64,000 bases of DNA from assembly GCA_963710375.1 (NCBI GenBank), contig CAVPZX010000008.1, positions 96,001-160,000 on the forward strand, read 5' to 3'. The notes under the pieces are model-generated. The model saw nothing but the letters and a program-made list of their open reading frames with translations. It was not told the DNA's origin and ran no database searches. Source of the stretch: Nitrospirota bacterium (lineage in GTDB: Bacteria > Nitrospirota > Thermodesulfovibrionia > Thermodesulfovibrionales > Dissulfurispiraceae). Within the stretch, counting starts at the first letter, position 1, and each line of letters opens with the position of its first letter. Positions 9,326 to 20,292 of the stretch are shown piece after piece. A program made the position numbers and the translations under genes.

Positions 9326-10681
9326 TTACCTGTTTGCGAGAGGCACATAGTCCTGTCGAAATCCGGGTACTGATGAAACGTAAGACGGCCTTATCAGTTT
9401 TCCCTGTATTATCTCTTCAATTCTGTGTGCCGACCATCCTGCCACTCTTGAAATTGCAAAAATGGGCGTGAATAATTCTTTAGGTATACCCATTGACCTG
9501 TATACGAATCCCGAATAAAAATCAACGTTTGCCGACGCCAATTTCCCTTTTTTCTTTAGGACCAGCACCGGCGACAGCCTGGCAACTTTCTTGTATAGCT
9601 CAAACTCTTTTCCCATGCCACTCTTTTCTGCGATCTCTTCCGCCTTACTCTCAAGTATCACTGCCCTCGGGTCCGACAGCGTATATACAGCGTGCCCTAT
9701 ACCATATATTTTCCCTGATTTGTCGTTCGCCTTCTTGTCAAGTATTTGTTCAAGGTAGCTTGAGACGGCTTCGTCATCGTTCCAGTCTTTCACGTGTGTC
9801 TTTATGTTTTCCATCATACCTTCAACAGCTTCATTTGCGCCGCCGTGCAGGTGTCCTGAAAGCGACGCGATTCCAGAGCATATAGCCATGTAACTGTTAG
9901 CGCCGGCAGAGGACACGGTCCTCACGGTGAAGGTCGAATTGTTACCGCCCCCGTGCTCTGCGTGGAGCACAAGCATCATGTCGAACAAGTTTGCGGTAAA
10001 CCTGTCAGGCTTTTTGCCATTCAGCATATAAAGAAAGTTTTCCGCATGGCTGTAATCTGCTTTCGGCTCTATCAGTCTGAAATGCCCTTTACTGCGTTCG
10101 TTTGATGCATGGTAGTTGTATGCAACAATTGTCGGAAACTTGGCTATCAAATCTATGCATTGTCTCGCAAGGTTCATTATGTCCGTAGAGTTCGGGTTGT
10201 CATCAAACAGGTGCATTGCTGATACGATGGTATGAAGAGATCCCATCTGGTCATCATGAGGCGGTCTGCTGCGGATAATCTTCTTGGCTTCCTTTGGAAG
10301 ATGCCTTCTCTCAGCGAGCGAACTCGTGAAGATATCAAGAAGCTTCCGGTCGGGGAGTTCGCCTGTAAGGAGGAGGTATGCAGTTTCTTCAAATCCGAAC
10401 CTGCCCTCTTCCTGCTGGTGTCTGACCAGGTCTTTTACGTTATAGCCACAGTAATATAATTCGCCATCGAGATCCACTTTCTTCTCAGTCCCGTCAGCCT
10501 CGAATTCTTTTTTGTAACTGATGACCTGGCCCTTGCTGGTTATTCCTACAAAGACCCCTGTGCCGTCTTCGTTGCGAAGTCCCAGTTTTATATTTTTTTC
10601 CCTGATAAGCTCCGGGGATACCTTATCGTGTTTCAATGCCAACTCTTGGATGATTCTCAGGACGCTCTGCACTCGTTTCAC
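9326..10681 (-). CDS. gltA: Citrate synthase
   Basis: LHAEHGGGNNSTFT, LHGGAN, GIGHAVY, NVDFYSG motifs. Confidence 0.93.
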   Translation of the reverse strand: MKRVQSVLRIIQELALKHDKVSPELIREKNIKLGLRNEDGTGVFVGITSKGQVISYKKEFEADGTEKKVDLDGELYYCGYNVKDLVRHQQEEGRFGFEETAYLLLTGELPDRKLLDIFTSSLAERRHLPKEAKKIIRSRPPHDDQMGSLHTIVSAMHLFDDNPNSTDIMNLARQCIDLIAKFPTIVAYNYHASNERSKGHFRLIEPKADYSHAENFLYMLNGKKPDRFTANLFDMMLVLHAEHGGGNNSTFTVRTVSSAGANSYMAICSGIASLSGHLHGGANEAVEGMMENIKTHVKDWNDDEAVSSYLEQILDKKANDKSGKIYGIGHAVYTLSDPRAVILESKAEEIAEKSGMGKEFELYKKVARLSPVLVLKKKGKLASANVDFYSGFVYRSMGIPKELFTPIFAISRVAGWSAHRIEEIIQGKLIRPSYVSSVPGFRQDYVPLANR

Positions 10682-10767
10682 CTCAATATAGTAACCTCCG
10701 AATAATTAACCGGAGGAACAAAATAATTTATATTTTACCATATTTATTTTATTTATTTTTAAGGAAG

Positions 10768-10943
10768 GCAGGAGAAGGGGAGCACTTGTTTTTCGACGCG
10801 CTGAAACTACGCTCCTCAGGGAATCCCTATGTCTTCATGGCAGCGATACACGAATCAGTTCTCAGGTCGGGCTCGGCGTTACTCGCCCTTGTTACAGTAG
10901 ACCCGTGCATCGCGTCGAAAAACAAGTGCTCCCCTTCTCCTGC
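10768..10943 (+). mobile_element. Palindromic non-coding element, family D copy 1
   Basis: Perfect 33-bp terminal inverted repeat (10768-10800 / 10911-10943); core shared with 10973-11145. Confidence 0.75.
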
Positions 10944-10972
10944 TGTTTATTTTATAGAATCAAATTATATTA

Positions 10973-11145
10973 GGAGCGGCAGCGGCAGGCTGTTTATCGG
11001 AGCGATGCACGGGTCTACTGTAACAAGGGCGAGTAACGCCGAGCCCCAGCTGAGAATGGGTATGGACAATTGCTACTATAACTTGATGTCACTTGCAATG
11101 AACGTAGTTTCAGCGCTCCGATAAACAGCCTGCCGCTGCCGCTCC
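10973..11145 (-). mobile_element. Palindromic non-coding element, family D copy 2 (inverted)
   Basis: Perfect 32-bp terminal inverted repeat (10973-11004 / 11114-11145); core is the reverse complement of the copy 1 core. Confidence 0.75.
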
Positions 11146-11201
11146 CTTCCTTATAGGGCTTATTGCCTCACAGAAAACACCTGGTGTATAATCAAGACAA
11201 T

Positions 11202-11975
11202 ATGCAAAAGGGCCAGGGCCGTAAAAAGCGTTATACACTATCAGTCGTCAACCATAAGGGCGGCGTCGGCAAGACGACCACGACCGTCAATGTGGCTGCG
11301 TGTCTAGCGGAACTGGGTAACAGTGTATTGGTCATTGACCTCGATCCACAAGGCAGCGCCAGCCTCGCTTTTGGTTTTAACGATGACGGCGAACGGCTTT
11401 TCCAATCCTTGCAAAAGACGATTGCCCTCCCGGTCCAGGCAACCAGGACAGGCGGGGTAGACCTTGTGCCGGCAGGACCCGGCCTCATCGGGGCATGGCA
11501 GCGTTTTTCCGGCGCCCTAGGGAAGGAGATCCTATTTAACTGTCTTCGCTATACGGAGGGCACATGGGACTGGATCATCGTCGATTGCCCGCCCAGCATG
11601 GGCGTTCTCACTCTTGCGGCACTAAATGCGAGCAATGGCGTGCTGATGCCGGTTGAGGCAACTCATCTTGCCGCTGCGGGTTTACACCAGATGACCGAAA
11701 CCATTGAGTCGATTGCCAGAGACCAGCGGGAGCGCAACCTCAAGCTTCTGGCGATTGTTCCCTGCCGTGCGCACCCCCGCAGACGGATCCATAACTCCGT
11801 AATGGCACATTTGGAGCAAGATTATCCTGGCATGATAGCGCCCATAGTACGCGAAAGTGCAGCCCTTGCAGAGTCGCCCGCTTTCGGCAAACCCATCATA
11901 GCCTTTGCACCTTCCTCTAACGGCGCTTCAGATTACCGCGCCGTCACAAAATGGATCGATAACCATATCCGATAA
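11202..11975 (+). CDS. ParA/Soj family ATPase
   Basis: Deviant Walker [27 protein letters not shown] motifs. Confidence 0.9.
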   Translation: MQKGQGRKKRYTLSVVNHKGGVGKTTTTVNVAACLAELGNSVLVIDLDPQGSASLAFGFNDDGERLFQSLQKTIALPVQATRTGGVDLVPAGPGLIGAWQRFSGALGKEILFNCLRYTEGTWDWIIVDCPPSMGVLTLAALNASNGVLMPVEATHLAAAGLHQMTETIESIARDQRERNLKLLAIVPCRAHPRRRIHNSVMAHLEQDYPGMIAPIVRESAALAESPAFGKPIIAFAPSSNGASDYRAVTKWIDNHIR

Positions 11976-12736
11976 TGACCGGACTCGATTTGCTAGCAGT
12001 GGGAGTGGCGGCAATTGCAGGAGGAGCGGTCAATGCGCTCGCCGGGGGAGGAACGCTCATCACATTTCCCATGCTCACAGCTGTTGGTGTTCCAGTTGTT
12101 GCCGCCAACATAACAAATACGGTGGCCCTTTGCCCCGGTTATCTGGGCGCAACCCTTGCACAGATGAAGGACCTGCGCGGCCAGTCGGTCCGGTTGTGGC
12201 TCCTGCTGCCGGCCGGAGTGCTGGGCGGCATTGCAGGAGGCATTTTATTACTTAACACGAGTGATCAGGTATTTCGTAAACTTGTGCCGTTCCTGATACT
12301 CCTGGCCGTGGTCCTGTTGGCTGTCCAGGATAAATTGCGTGCATTGCTCACGCGTCGCACCGGTGATTCCGGAGCAGCCACATTGCACGATGCATGGTCA
12401 ATACTTCCAATCCTGCCAGCTGCTGTTTACGGAGGCTACTTTGGCGCCGGTGTAAGCGTGATCGTTCTTGCTGTACTTGGACTTGCGCTGGAAGACTCAC
12501 TTACTCGGCTTAACGCCCTGAAACAGGCCATTGCGTTCGCCATTAACATTGCGGCCGCAATCTTTTTTTTGTTTTCAGGCCAGGTGGTCTGGTCTGCTGC
12601 AGTCATTATGGCTATAGGAGCCCTTGCAGGAGGGGCCTTAGGAGGCCGGCTGGCAGGCCGGATCAGCCCGTTCTTGCTGCGTAGGATTGTTGTAACGGTC
12701 GGCTTAATAGTCGCCGCAATTTACCTGGTCCACTGA
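11975..12736 (+). CDS. TauE/SafE (TSUP) family membrane transporter
   Basis: [13 protein letters not shown] and YGGYFGAG motifs; highly hydrophobic. Confidence 0.9.
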   Translation: MTGLDLLAVGVAAIAGGAVNALAGGGTLITFPMLTAVGVPVVAANITNTVALCPGYLGATLAQMKDLRGQSVRLWLLLPAGVLGGIAGGILLLNTSDQVFRKLVPFLILLAVVLLAVQDKLRALLTRRTGDSGAATLHDAWSILPILPAAVYGGYFGAGVSVIVLAVLGLALEDSLTRLNALKQAIAFAINIAAAIFFLFSGQVVWSAAVIMAIGALAGGALGGRLAGRISPFLLRRIVVTVGLIVAAIYLVH

Positions 12737-12819
12737 TTAGGAACATAGAATGTCCGTCTTTAGGCAAACTTAAACTATTTTTTTTTGCCGCAATTAAAAA
12801 GGAAACAGGGTTATCCCCC

Positions 12820-13497
12820 TTAAGCGTCAGCTGTGGTTGAGGAGTTACCTGCGGCTGAGATCGTATTAAAATTCTTCATAAAATTCTGCACTCCGGATGC
12901 ATCAATGCTGTCTCCCGCTTTTTGGGCTGTCTGGAGCAGAGTGTCCAGATATGCCATGTTAAATTCCGGAAGCAGCATATTTTTATTCTCTGCAGTAACA
13001 TTAGCGGCGCTGAGATGAGTAGCAACATAATCAATAACATCGAGTGGTACCCCGTTTTCATACGCACTGTGTAATACAGCTAGCTCATTTTGGGTTAAAG
13101 ACAGAGGCAGATTGGACAGTTGGAACCTGCCGGATTTAACCTGTGCCTCCCAATTCTGAATATCGTTCTTATCCATAATACCGTTCTGCAATTTTACCTG
13201 GTTATAAACCGTATTATAATCGAGGGATACGCCATCGGTCTTTGCTTCGGAGACAATGTTCTGTGCCTGATTCTGTGCAAGCTGGGCATTGTATGTATTG
13301 TTAAACCACTCCATTTGCCGCGCCAGCGATGGAGTCTGGGCCAGCAATGTCTGCATCACAGTCCCCTCGTCGCTTAGCGTAACTGTTTCAGATTGGGTAG
13401 TGGAAGAGTCTGTGCCGGGCTGTGTGGTGGTAGTATTGCCCGAAGCGGTTATTCCTGATACTAAACTGCTGCTGGTTGTAGAAATATCAGATATCAT
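12820..13497 (-). CDS. Hypothetical protein with Ser/Thr-rich N-terminus
   Basis: 225-aa ORF with a strong GAGGAGG RBS; no recognised motif. Confidence 0.7.
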   Translation of the reverse strand: MISDISTTSSSLVSGITASGNTTTTQPGTDSSTTQSETVTLSDEGTVMQTLLAQTPSLARQMEWFNNTYNAQLAQNQAQNIVSEAKTDGVSLDYNTVYNQVKLQNGIMDKNDIQNWEAQVKSGRFQLSNLPLSLTQNELAVLHSAYENGVPLDVIDYVATHLSAANVTAENKNMLLPEFNMAYLDTLLQTAQKAGDSIDASGVQNFMKNFNTISAAGNSSTTADA

Positions 13498-13681
13498 TGT
13501 TCCTCCTCTGAAAAGAATTTCAAAAAATTGACCGCAAGAAACACGCCAGGGAATATACTAATAAATACAAAGATCACATACCCTGAATGAATACTTTTGG
13601 GGAAATATTTTCCTGGTGGGTGGCGGAAATTGGACATATTTTCTTGATTTCGATGTTGCGCTATCCAACACAATCTTCTTT

Positions 13682-13876
13682 TAACCCACATTATTCATAA
13701 ATTTATAGAAGGAGCAGTCAGGCCACAGTGCTTCACTCATTCTAGCAAGGCGTCCAGCCTTGCTCCGAGGCTGTGACAGCCTGTGTCACCATCCTTGGTG
13801 TCACTTAGGCTGTCAAAGTCCGCTCAGCACCATGTCCCGCCTGCTCCTTCTATAAATTTATGAATAATGTGGGTTA
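13682..13876. mobile_element. MITE-like palindromic element, family E
   Basis: Perfect 36-bp inverted repeat (13682-13717 / 13841-13876) with internal hairpins; right arm encodes the MFS C-terminus NPHYS*. Confidence 0.75.
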
Positions 13877-15084
13877 GGCCCGCCGCCTTTGACAGTTCTG
13901 ACTATTAAAAGTCCTGCGATAAAGAAAACACTCACAGAGAGCACCGCAGGCCGCTGGCTGCCGAATGTCGAAGATATATAGCCGAAAAGAATGGGTCCTG
14001 CAACAGCAGACGTTTGGCCCATAAGCGAGTAAACACCGAAATACTCGGATTCCTGGCCATCAGGAATGAACCTGGCATAAAAGGCCCTTGTTGCAGCCTG
14101 CACGGTGCCGAGTCCTAATCCTGCCGCGGAGGCAATAATAAAAAAATGTGTCTTTGTAGTCACAAAAAAGGCAGCAACTGATACTAATGTCCACAAACAT
14201 AAAGATAGTACCACCACTTTCTTTGGTCCCCATACATCGGTAGGCTTTGCAAACAGAAACCCTCCGGCAAGCGCGGTAAACTGAACAGTAAGGAAAACTA
14301 AGATCAATTCCCGCGGACCAAAATGCAGCGTTGTTGCCGCAAAGATGCTCGAAAAAACTATGACTGTATTTACTCCATCAGCGTAAATGAGATACGCGAT
14401 CAGAAGTTTTCTTTGCTCGCTGTTCGCCCATATTTTCTTTAATGCGGAAAGCGAATACCGCAAGCCTTCCCTCGCGGCCCCGGAAACACTTAGCCTGGAT
14501 GTTCCGTCAGGAGGCAGAAAAGCGAAAGCCGGGAGAGAAAAGAGCAGAAAAAAAAGGGCGGACATGGGCCATGAAACAGTCAGGAACCCCTTGTCTATAA
14601 GCACCAGCGCCAACAAAAGCGACGAGATCGACCCTGCATATCCTGTTGCATAACCCCAAGAGGAAACCCTCCCCTGGTACCCAGGCCCGGCAATTTCCGG
14701 CAAGAAGGAATTATAAAAGACAAGTCCCCCCTCCTTGCCGATATTGGCAAGCACGATGAGCATGAAGCCCCCCAACGCCATTCCTTTTCCTAAAAAATAA
14801 AGGGCCGCAACAGGGACGATACACAAAAAAGTGTAAACAAAGAGCAGCTTTTTCCGTATTTTCGCATAATCAGCTATGCCGCCCATAAAGGGCGAACTGA
14901 GAGCAACAATAGCCATACTTAACGATATGGCCCTGCCCCACCAGACATCACCCTGGCCGGATGCATTGCCAACGATAACGTTCGTATAGTAAACAGGAAA
15001 TATGACCGCGGTAATAATAGAATAGTAGCTGGTGCCGGCAAAATCGAACAGGCACCAGGAGAGTATCTTTTTATTCATGCTCAT
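13858..15084 (-). CDS. MFS transporter, UMF1/Atg22-like
   Basis: SWCLFDFA, FYNSFLPEI, GRVSSWGYATGY, EYFGVY motifs. Confidence 0.9.
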   Translation of the reverse strand: MSMNKKILSWCLFDFAGTSYYSIITAVIFPVYYTNVIVGNASGQGDVWWGRAISLSMAIVALSSPFMGGIADYAKIRKKLLFVYTFLCIVPVAALYFLGKGMALGGFMLIVLANIGKEGGLVFYNSFLPEIAGPGYQGRVSSWGYATGYAGSISSLLLALVLIDKGFLTVSWPMSALFFLLFSLPAFAFLPPDGTSRLSVSGAAREGLRYSLSALKKIWANSEQRKLLIAYLIYADGVNTVIVFSSIFAATTLHFGPRELILVFLTVQFTALAGGFLFAKPTDVWGPKKVVVLSLCLWTLVSVAAFFVTTKTHFFIIASAAGLGLGTVQAATRAFYARFIPDGQESEYFGVYSLMGQTSAVAGPILFGYISSTFGSQRPAVLSVSVFFIAGLLIVRTVKGGGPNPHYS

Positions 15085-15093
15085 ACAGTTTAT

Positions 15094-15252
15094 ACAGTTT
15101 CATAAAAAGTCCATAGGCAAGGCACGCAAAGCCTGAGGAATGAGGCGTACCGTGATGTACGTCGCACGGGGTCCCCAAAAGCCGCAGTCTTTTGGGGTGC
15201 GAGTGACGAAGGATGCAGCGTAACGCAGCATATGGATTTTTTATGAAACTGT
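15094..15252. mobile_element. MITE-like palindromic element, family C copy 1 (contains nested mini-hairpin)
   Basis: 22-bp inverted repeat with 1 mismatch; central gaggcgtaccgtgatgtacg; right arm encodes the rnc C-terminus TVS*. Confidence 0.75.
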
Positions 15253-15948
15253 TAGCTTTTTAAGCGCCTCTTTTGCTGCATCCATTTGAGATTCCTTTTT
15301 GCTCTTGCCGGTACCGCTTCCGAACAGTTTGCCTTGTATATATACTTCAGTCGTGAATATCTTCTTGTGCTCCTCACCCTCTTGCTTGACTATCCGGTAC
15401 TCGGGGAGCGTACCTACAGAGCTCTGGACCTTCTCCTGAAGCTCGCTCTTAAAGTCATAGTCCTCTTTTCCAAGGATTGTTTGTGAGATCCTGTCATCAA
15501 ACAGCTTTAGGACCACCTCTCTGGCTGTCACATAATCACTATCCAGGAAAACGGCCCCGACCAGTGCTTCGAATGCGTCGGAAAGAACAGACCTTTTCTG
15601 CCGGCCTCCGGTGAATTCCTCTCCCTTACCCAGGCTCAGGTAATTGCCCAGCGACAGCCTGGAAGCCATCTCGAACAGCACCAGCTCTTTCACAAGATAG
15701 GATTTTATTTTTGACATCCCGGCTTCAGTAAGATGCTCTTTGTTGAGGAACAGGGCCTCTGCTATGATCAGACCGAGCACTGAATCGCCCAGGAATTCGA
15801 GCCGTTCGTTGTGGGTCTTTACATCTCCTGCATTTTCATGGTGATATGATTTATGGGTAAGAGCGGTTGCGAGCAGCGACGTGTTTCTAAATGTGTAACC
15901 GAGTGAGGCTTCAATTCCCGCGATATTTTCCGAAGATAAGACAGGCAT
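15241..15948 (-). CDS. rnc: Ribonuclease III
   Basis: [21 protein letters not shown], and a C-terminal dsRBD. Start placed at MPVLSS. Confidence 0.96.
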   Translation of the reverse strand: MPVLSSENIAGIEASLGYTFRNTSLLATALTHKSYHHENAGDVKTHNERLEFLGDSVLGLIIAEALFLNKEHLTEAGMSKIKSYLVKELVLFEMASRLSLGNYLSLGKGEEFTGGRQKRSVLSDAFEALVGAVFLDSDYVTAREVVLKLFDDRISQTILGKEDYDFKSELQEKVQSSVGTLPEYRIVKQEGEEHKKIFTTEVYIQGKLFGSGTGKSKKESQMDAAKEALKKLTVS

Positions 15949-17162
15949 TTGTTCCCCCGAAACCGAAAGAATTTGAGAGCGCATACTTTACATCAACCTG
16001 CTTTGCGGTTTTGGGGACATAATCAAGATCGCACTCGGGGTCGGGGTTGTCCAGGTTAATCGTAGGAGGTACTTTGCCGTGATATATACTGAGAACAGAG
16101 AATATTGCCTCAACCCCGCCGGCAGCTCCCAATAGATGCCCCACCATCGACTTCGTAGAACTGACGCATAATTTATAAGCATGATCCCCAAATACGGTCT
16201 TGATAGCTGTAGTTTCGAGTTCATCTCCGTATTTCGTCGATGTGCCATGGGCGTTTATGTAATCGATCTTTTCCGGCTCAAGGCCGGCATCTTTTAATGC
16301 GGCTTTCATGCAACGTGCAGCACCTTCACCGCCGGGAGAAGGCGTTGTAATATGATAAGCGTCACTCGACATCCCGTACCCCATAACTTCAGCGTAGATT
16401 TTCGCATTCCTGGAAAGGGCGCTATCGAGGTTCTCGAGAAAGACAATTCCGGCGCCCTCACCCATGACAAAACCATCCCTGTCCATATCAAAAGGCCTGC
16501 TGGCCCTTTCAGGTTCGTCATTCCGGGTTGAAAGGGCTTTCATTACCGCAAAACCACCGACACCCAGAGTCTGTAATGCACGATTCAGTCCCGCCCGCAA
16601 TCATCGCATCCGCTTCACCACGCTGAATTATTCTGACGGCATCACCAATGGAATGGCTGCCGGTAGCGCAAGCGGTAACAGGGCATGAACTGGGTCCCTT
16701 TGCGCCGAACTTGATGGAAACGTTTCCCGAAGCCAGGTTAATGATGAGCATCGGGATAAAAAAAGGAGATATCCGCTTATACCCCTTTTCCAGAAAAGCC
16801 TTATGATAATGCTCGATGGCAGGAAGTCCTCCCATACCGGAGCCGATTACCACTCCCACCCTTTCGGCATTTTCCCCGGTAATCCTGAACCCCGAATCAT
16901 CGACAGCCATTTTCGCAGCAGCAATCGCAAAATGGATAAAGCGGTCCATCTTTTTGATTTCTTTTGCCTCGATGTAATTTGCCGGATCGAATCCCTTGAC
17001 CTCTCCGGCAATGCGCACCGGAAACGAAGACGCGTCAAATTCCGTTATGGGCCCTACTCCTGACTTTCCGTTCAGTGCTGCACTCCATGTCTCATCCACA
17101 CCGATACCGATAGGGGTGACCAGGCCCATGCCTGTGATAACAACTCTATTGTTCTCGATCAT
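15911..17162 (-). pseudogene. fabF: Beta-ketoacyl-ACP synthase II split by a +1 frameshift near 16570 (real or sequencing error)
   Basis: The N-half (VTACATG) and C-half ([23 protein letters not shown]) are in different frames. There is one extra base in ATT ACA GACT CTG GGT. Confidence 0.85.
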
Positions 17163-17389
17163 CCTAATTTTTTCTTTATATAGTCGAATGCATCTTTAAC
17201 TTTTGTTATTTTCTCGGCATCCTCATCGGGTATCTCAATATTGAATGCCTCCTCGAATGCCATCACCAATTCCACTGTATCAAGCGAATCAGCACCAAGA
17301 TCCTCAACAAAAGACGCATCAGGCGTCACTTCCGATTGATCTACTCCAAGCTGCTTTGATATTATTTCTCTTACTTTTTCTTCTACCAT
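17159..17389 (-). CDS. acpP: Acyl carrier protein
   Basis: [15 protein letters not shown] motif. Confidence 0.97.
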   Translation of the reverse strand: MVEEKVREIISKQLGVDQSEVTPDASFVEDLGADSLDTVELVMAFEEAFNIEIPDEDAEKITKVKDAFDYIKKKLG

Positions 17390-17495
17390 TATCTACCTCC
17401 AAATTTAGATTTCAGCTCATTGCTTATAGTCAACAGGTGCTCACTAAAAAAACCTTATATTTTTGCTTTTGCCATGAGCCAAGAACTATCAGATA

Positions 17496-18230
17496 TTACA
17501 TATACATGCCGCCGTTTACATGGATTACCTGGCCGGTTATGTATCCCGATTCAGGCGATGCAAAAAAGGATACCGCATTGGCAACATCCTGGGCAGTGCC
17601 GAATCTGCACATGGGAATGGCCTTCATCATCTCCTGCTTCACATTTTCCTGCAGCGCATCGGTCATGGCCGTCGAAATGAATCCCGGGGCAACTGCATTC
17701 ACCGTCAGCGCTCTGCCCGCATATTCTTTCGCTATAGTTTTCGTAAGGCCAACGATGCCGGCTTTCGATGCACTGTAATTGGCCTGTCCCGGATTGCCGA
17801 TAAAGGCAACCACGGATGCGATATTAATGATACGCCCATACCGCTGTTTGACCATTACCTTTACCGCCTCTTTGGAACAAAGGAATGTGCCTTTCAGGTT
17901 AATATCTATCACAGCATCCCAATCCTCTTCTTTCATGCGCATTAAAAGGCCGTCTCTCGTAATCCCGGCATTATTGACAAGTATCTCCACTTTACCGAAC
18001 TCCTGTACAGCGTGCTCAAACAACCCGCTTACATCGGATACTCTGGACACGTCAGCCTTTAACCCTATGCTGCGTATCCCTAACTTCTCAAGATCCGATG
18101 CAGCCTCTTTGGCCATATCAAGGTCAACATCAGCTACAACTATATTAACTCCTTGCCGGGCAAGTGTTTCGCCGATTGCCTTGCCTATGCCGCGTCCTGC
18201 TCCTGTGATTATTGCGGTATGTCCATTCAT
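17496..18230 (-). CDS. fabG: 3-oxoacyl-ACP reductase
   Basis: TGAGRGIG, NNAGITRD, YSASK, VNGGMYM motifs. Confidence 0.96.
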   Translation of the reverse strand: MNGHTAIITGAGRGIGKAIGETLARQGVNIVVADVDLDMAKEAASDLEKLGIRSIGLKADVSRVSDVSGLFEHAVQEFGKVEILVNNAGITRDGLLMRMKEEDWDAVIDINLKGTFLCSKEAVKVMVKQRYGRIINIASVVAFIGNPGQANYSASKAGIVGLTKTIAKEYAGRALTVNAVAPGFISTAMTDALQENVKQEMMKAIPMCRFGTAQDVANAVSFFASPESGYITGQVIHVNGGMYM

Positions 18231-18394
18231 TATTTCTTATCGCCTCAACTTAAAGTTGGCTATCATTTTAACAGAGGTCTGTTTTTATTTTCCAGTTCTT
18301 TCTGAACATGGTACTGGATGCAAACATGAAACAGGAGGGTGCACGGGAGTGCCTTCCTGCGGTCCCCAATCAGACTTGCCGCTGCACGACCTTC

Positions 18395-18892
18395 TCACCG
18401 GTAGTTCGAAAATTGAATATGAATATCGAAATCCTTTTCCTTTAGATGTGCCATAATGGCCTGCAAATCATCTATTTTTTTGGCCCTTACCCGCACCTGA
18501 TCTTTCTGAATTTCCGGGCTTACCTTGAGCTTCATGTCTTTGATTAGTTTAACCATTTCCTTGGCTTTCTCCTGCGGAATACCCTGTTGGAGCGTTATAA
18601 CCTGCCTGACTGTATTTCCAGCAGCGGGTTCCAGTTTACCGTAACTGAGCGCCTTGAGTGCTATCCCACGCTTCACCATCTTTGATTGAAGGATATCGAT
18701 AACGCCCTTCATCTTCTGCTCATCGTCAGATAAAAGTGTGATGGTCCCCTTCCCTTTATCAACCTCTATGGAACTCTTGCTCCCCTTGAAATCGAATCGC
18801 TGGCCTATTTCCTTGATCGCCTGATTTACAGCATTGGTAACTTCCTGCATATCCACTTCGCATACTATATCAAACGAATGTTCATCTGCCAT
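18395..18892 (-). CDS. yajQ: YajQ family nucleotide/c-di-GMP-binding protein
   Basis: SFDIV, RFDFKGS, QVRV and F-x-NYR C-terminus. Confidence 0.94.
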   Translation of the reverse strand: MADEHSFDIVCEVDMQEVTNAVNQAIKEIGQRFDFKGSKSSIEVDKGKGTITLLSDDEQKMKGVIDILQSKMVKRGIALKALSYGKLEPAAGNTVRQVITLQQGIPQEKAKEMVKLIKDMKLKVSPEIQKDQVRVRAKKIDDLQAIMAHLKEKDFDIHIQFSNYR

Positions 18893-18989
18893 CAGTACCT
18901 CCCCACTTGTCAATAATACCACGCTCTGTTAGCGGCGTTGATGCAACATATTATACTATATACCTCGCCTTCTCCGGAGCAAAGTGTTC

Positions 18990-20054
18990 TCATCTCCCCA
19001 CTATATCAGCGACCATATCACCGATCTGTGTCGTGGAGTATCCCGTTTTTCCTGCTGCGAGGTCTTTGATTTTTGTCGAGGTAAGCTCCATAATGGCCTT
19101 TTCTATCGCCATGGCTGCGCTCTCTTGTCCCAGGTGGTCAAGCATCATTGCGCCGGAGCAGATTGCCGCCAGGGGGTTAATGACGTTCTTACCCTTGTAT
19201 TTCGGAGCCGAGCCTCCCATAGGTTCGAACATGGAAACGCCTTCAGGGTTGATATTGCCCCCTGCCGCAATGCCGAGTCCTCCCTGGATCATTGCGCCAA
19301 GATCAGTGATGATGTCTCCAAAGAGGTTGTCGGTAACAATAACATCAAACCACTCCGGGTTTTTCACGAACCACATCGTAATAGCGTCCACATGGGCATA
19401 GTCGGTTTTTACACCGGGATAATCTTTTGCTACTTCAGAGAATGCCCTCGCCCACAAGCCGGATGCGTAGGTGAGTACATTCGTCTTGCCGCAAAGGGTC
19501 AGTTTATTGTCTTTGTTTCTTTTCTTAGTGTATTCAAAAGCAAAGCGTATACACCGCTCGACCCCTTTTCTCGTGTTTATCGAAACCTGTGTCGCGACCT
19601 CATCAGGAGTGCCCTTCTTGAGGACTCCGCCGGCCCCGGTATAGAGCCCCTCCGTGTTCTCCCTGACAACTACGAAGTCGATGTCCTTCGGTCCCTTGTC
19701 TTTCAAAGGACAATCAACTCCCGGGAAGAGCTTGACAGGACGTAAATTGATATACTGATCCAGTTCAAATCTCATGGTCAGGAGAATCCCTTTTTCGAGT
19801 ATTCCGGGTTGAACATCAGGGTGTCCGATCGCACCAAGATAGATCGCATCAAATTTCCTCAGCTCATCGAAGATGCCCTCTGGAAGAAGCTCCCCGGTCC
19901 TCAGATACCGCTCTCCGCCAAAATCGAAATGCATGTAATCCAGTTTGAAATTATATTTCCGTGCCGCGGAATTCAGCACTTTCAATCCTTCGGCAATTAC
20001 CTCCGGTCCTGTCCCATCACCGCCTATAACTGCTATTGTGTAGTTTTTCGCCAT
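18990..20054 (-). CDS. leuB: 3-isopropylmalate dehydrogenase
   Basis: [32 protein letters not shown] motifs. Confidence 0.9.
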   Translation of the reverse strand: MAKNYTIAVIGGDGTGPEVIAEGLKVLNSAARKYNFKLDYMHFDFGGERYLRTGELLPEGIFDELRKFDAIYLGAIGHPDVQPGILEKGILLTMRFELDQYINLRPVKLFPGVDCPLKDKGPKDIDFVVVRENTEGLYTGAGGVLKKGTPDEVATQVSINTRKGVERCIRFAFEYTKKRNKDNKLTLCGKTNVLTYASGLWARAFSEVAKDYPGVKTDYAHVDAITMWFVKNPEWFDVIVTDNLFGDIITDLGAMIQGGLGIAAGGNINPEGVSMFEPMGGSAPKYKGKNVINPLAAICSGAMMLDHLGQESAAMAIEKAIMELTSTKIKDLAAGKTGYSTTQIGDMVADIVGR

Positions 20055-20292
20055 TGCTGCTCCTCCTCATCTCTGTTGATATAATACCGGATATTATGTG
20101 ACATTATTAATGTTTTGTTCAAATAATTCACGTATGGTCCATTATCAGGAATTGAACGACAGTATCCTTCAGGCTTGCAAAATCACGGAAATGTTTTGCG
20201 CCGGGGCAAGAGTTTTTAATTTAGTAAAAAAGGCAATCGAAAACGCTTGATCATTTTTCCTGGAATCCTGTCCGCTGAAGTACTAAGCATAA

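Noticed and set aside
10786..11124. 112-aa ORF with an internal repeat
   Set aside because: Arises from the paired palindromic elements; not protein-like.
10768..11145. CRISPR array or retron interpretation
   Set aside because: Only two inverted units, not direct repeat-spacer, and no cas or RT gene in the window. Kept only as an analogy.
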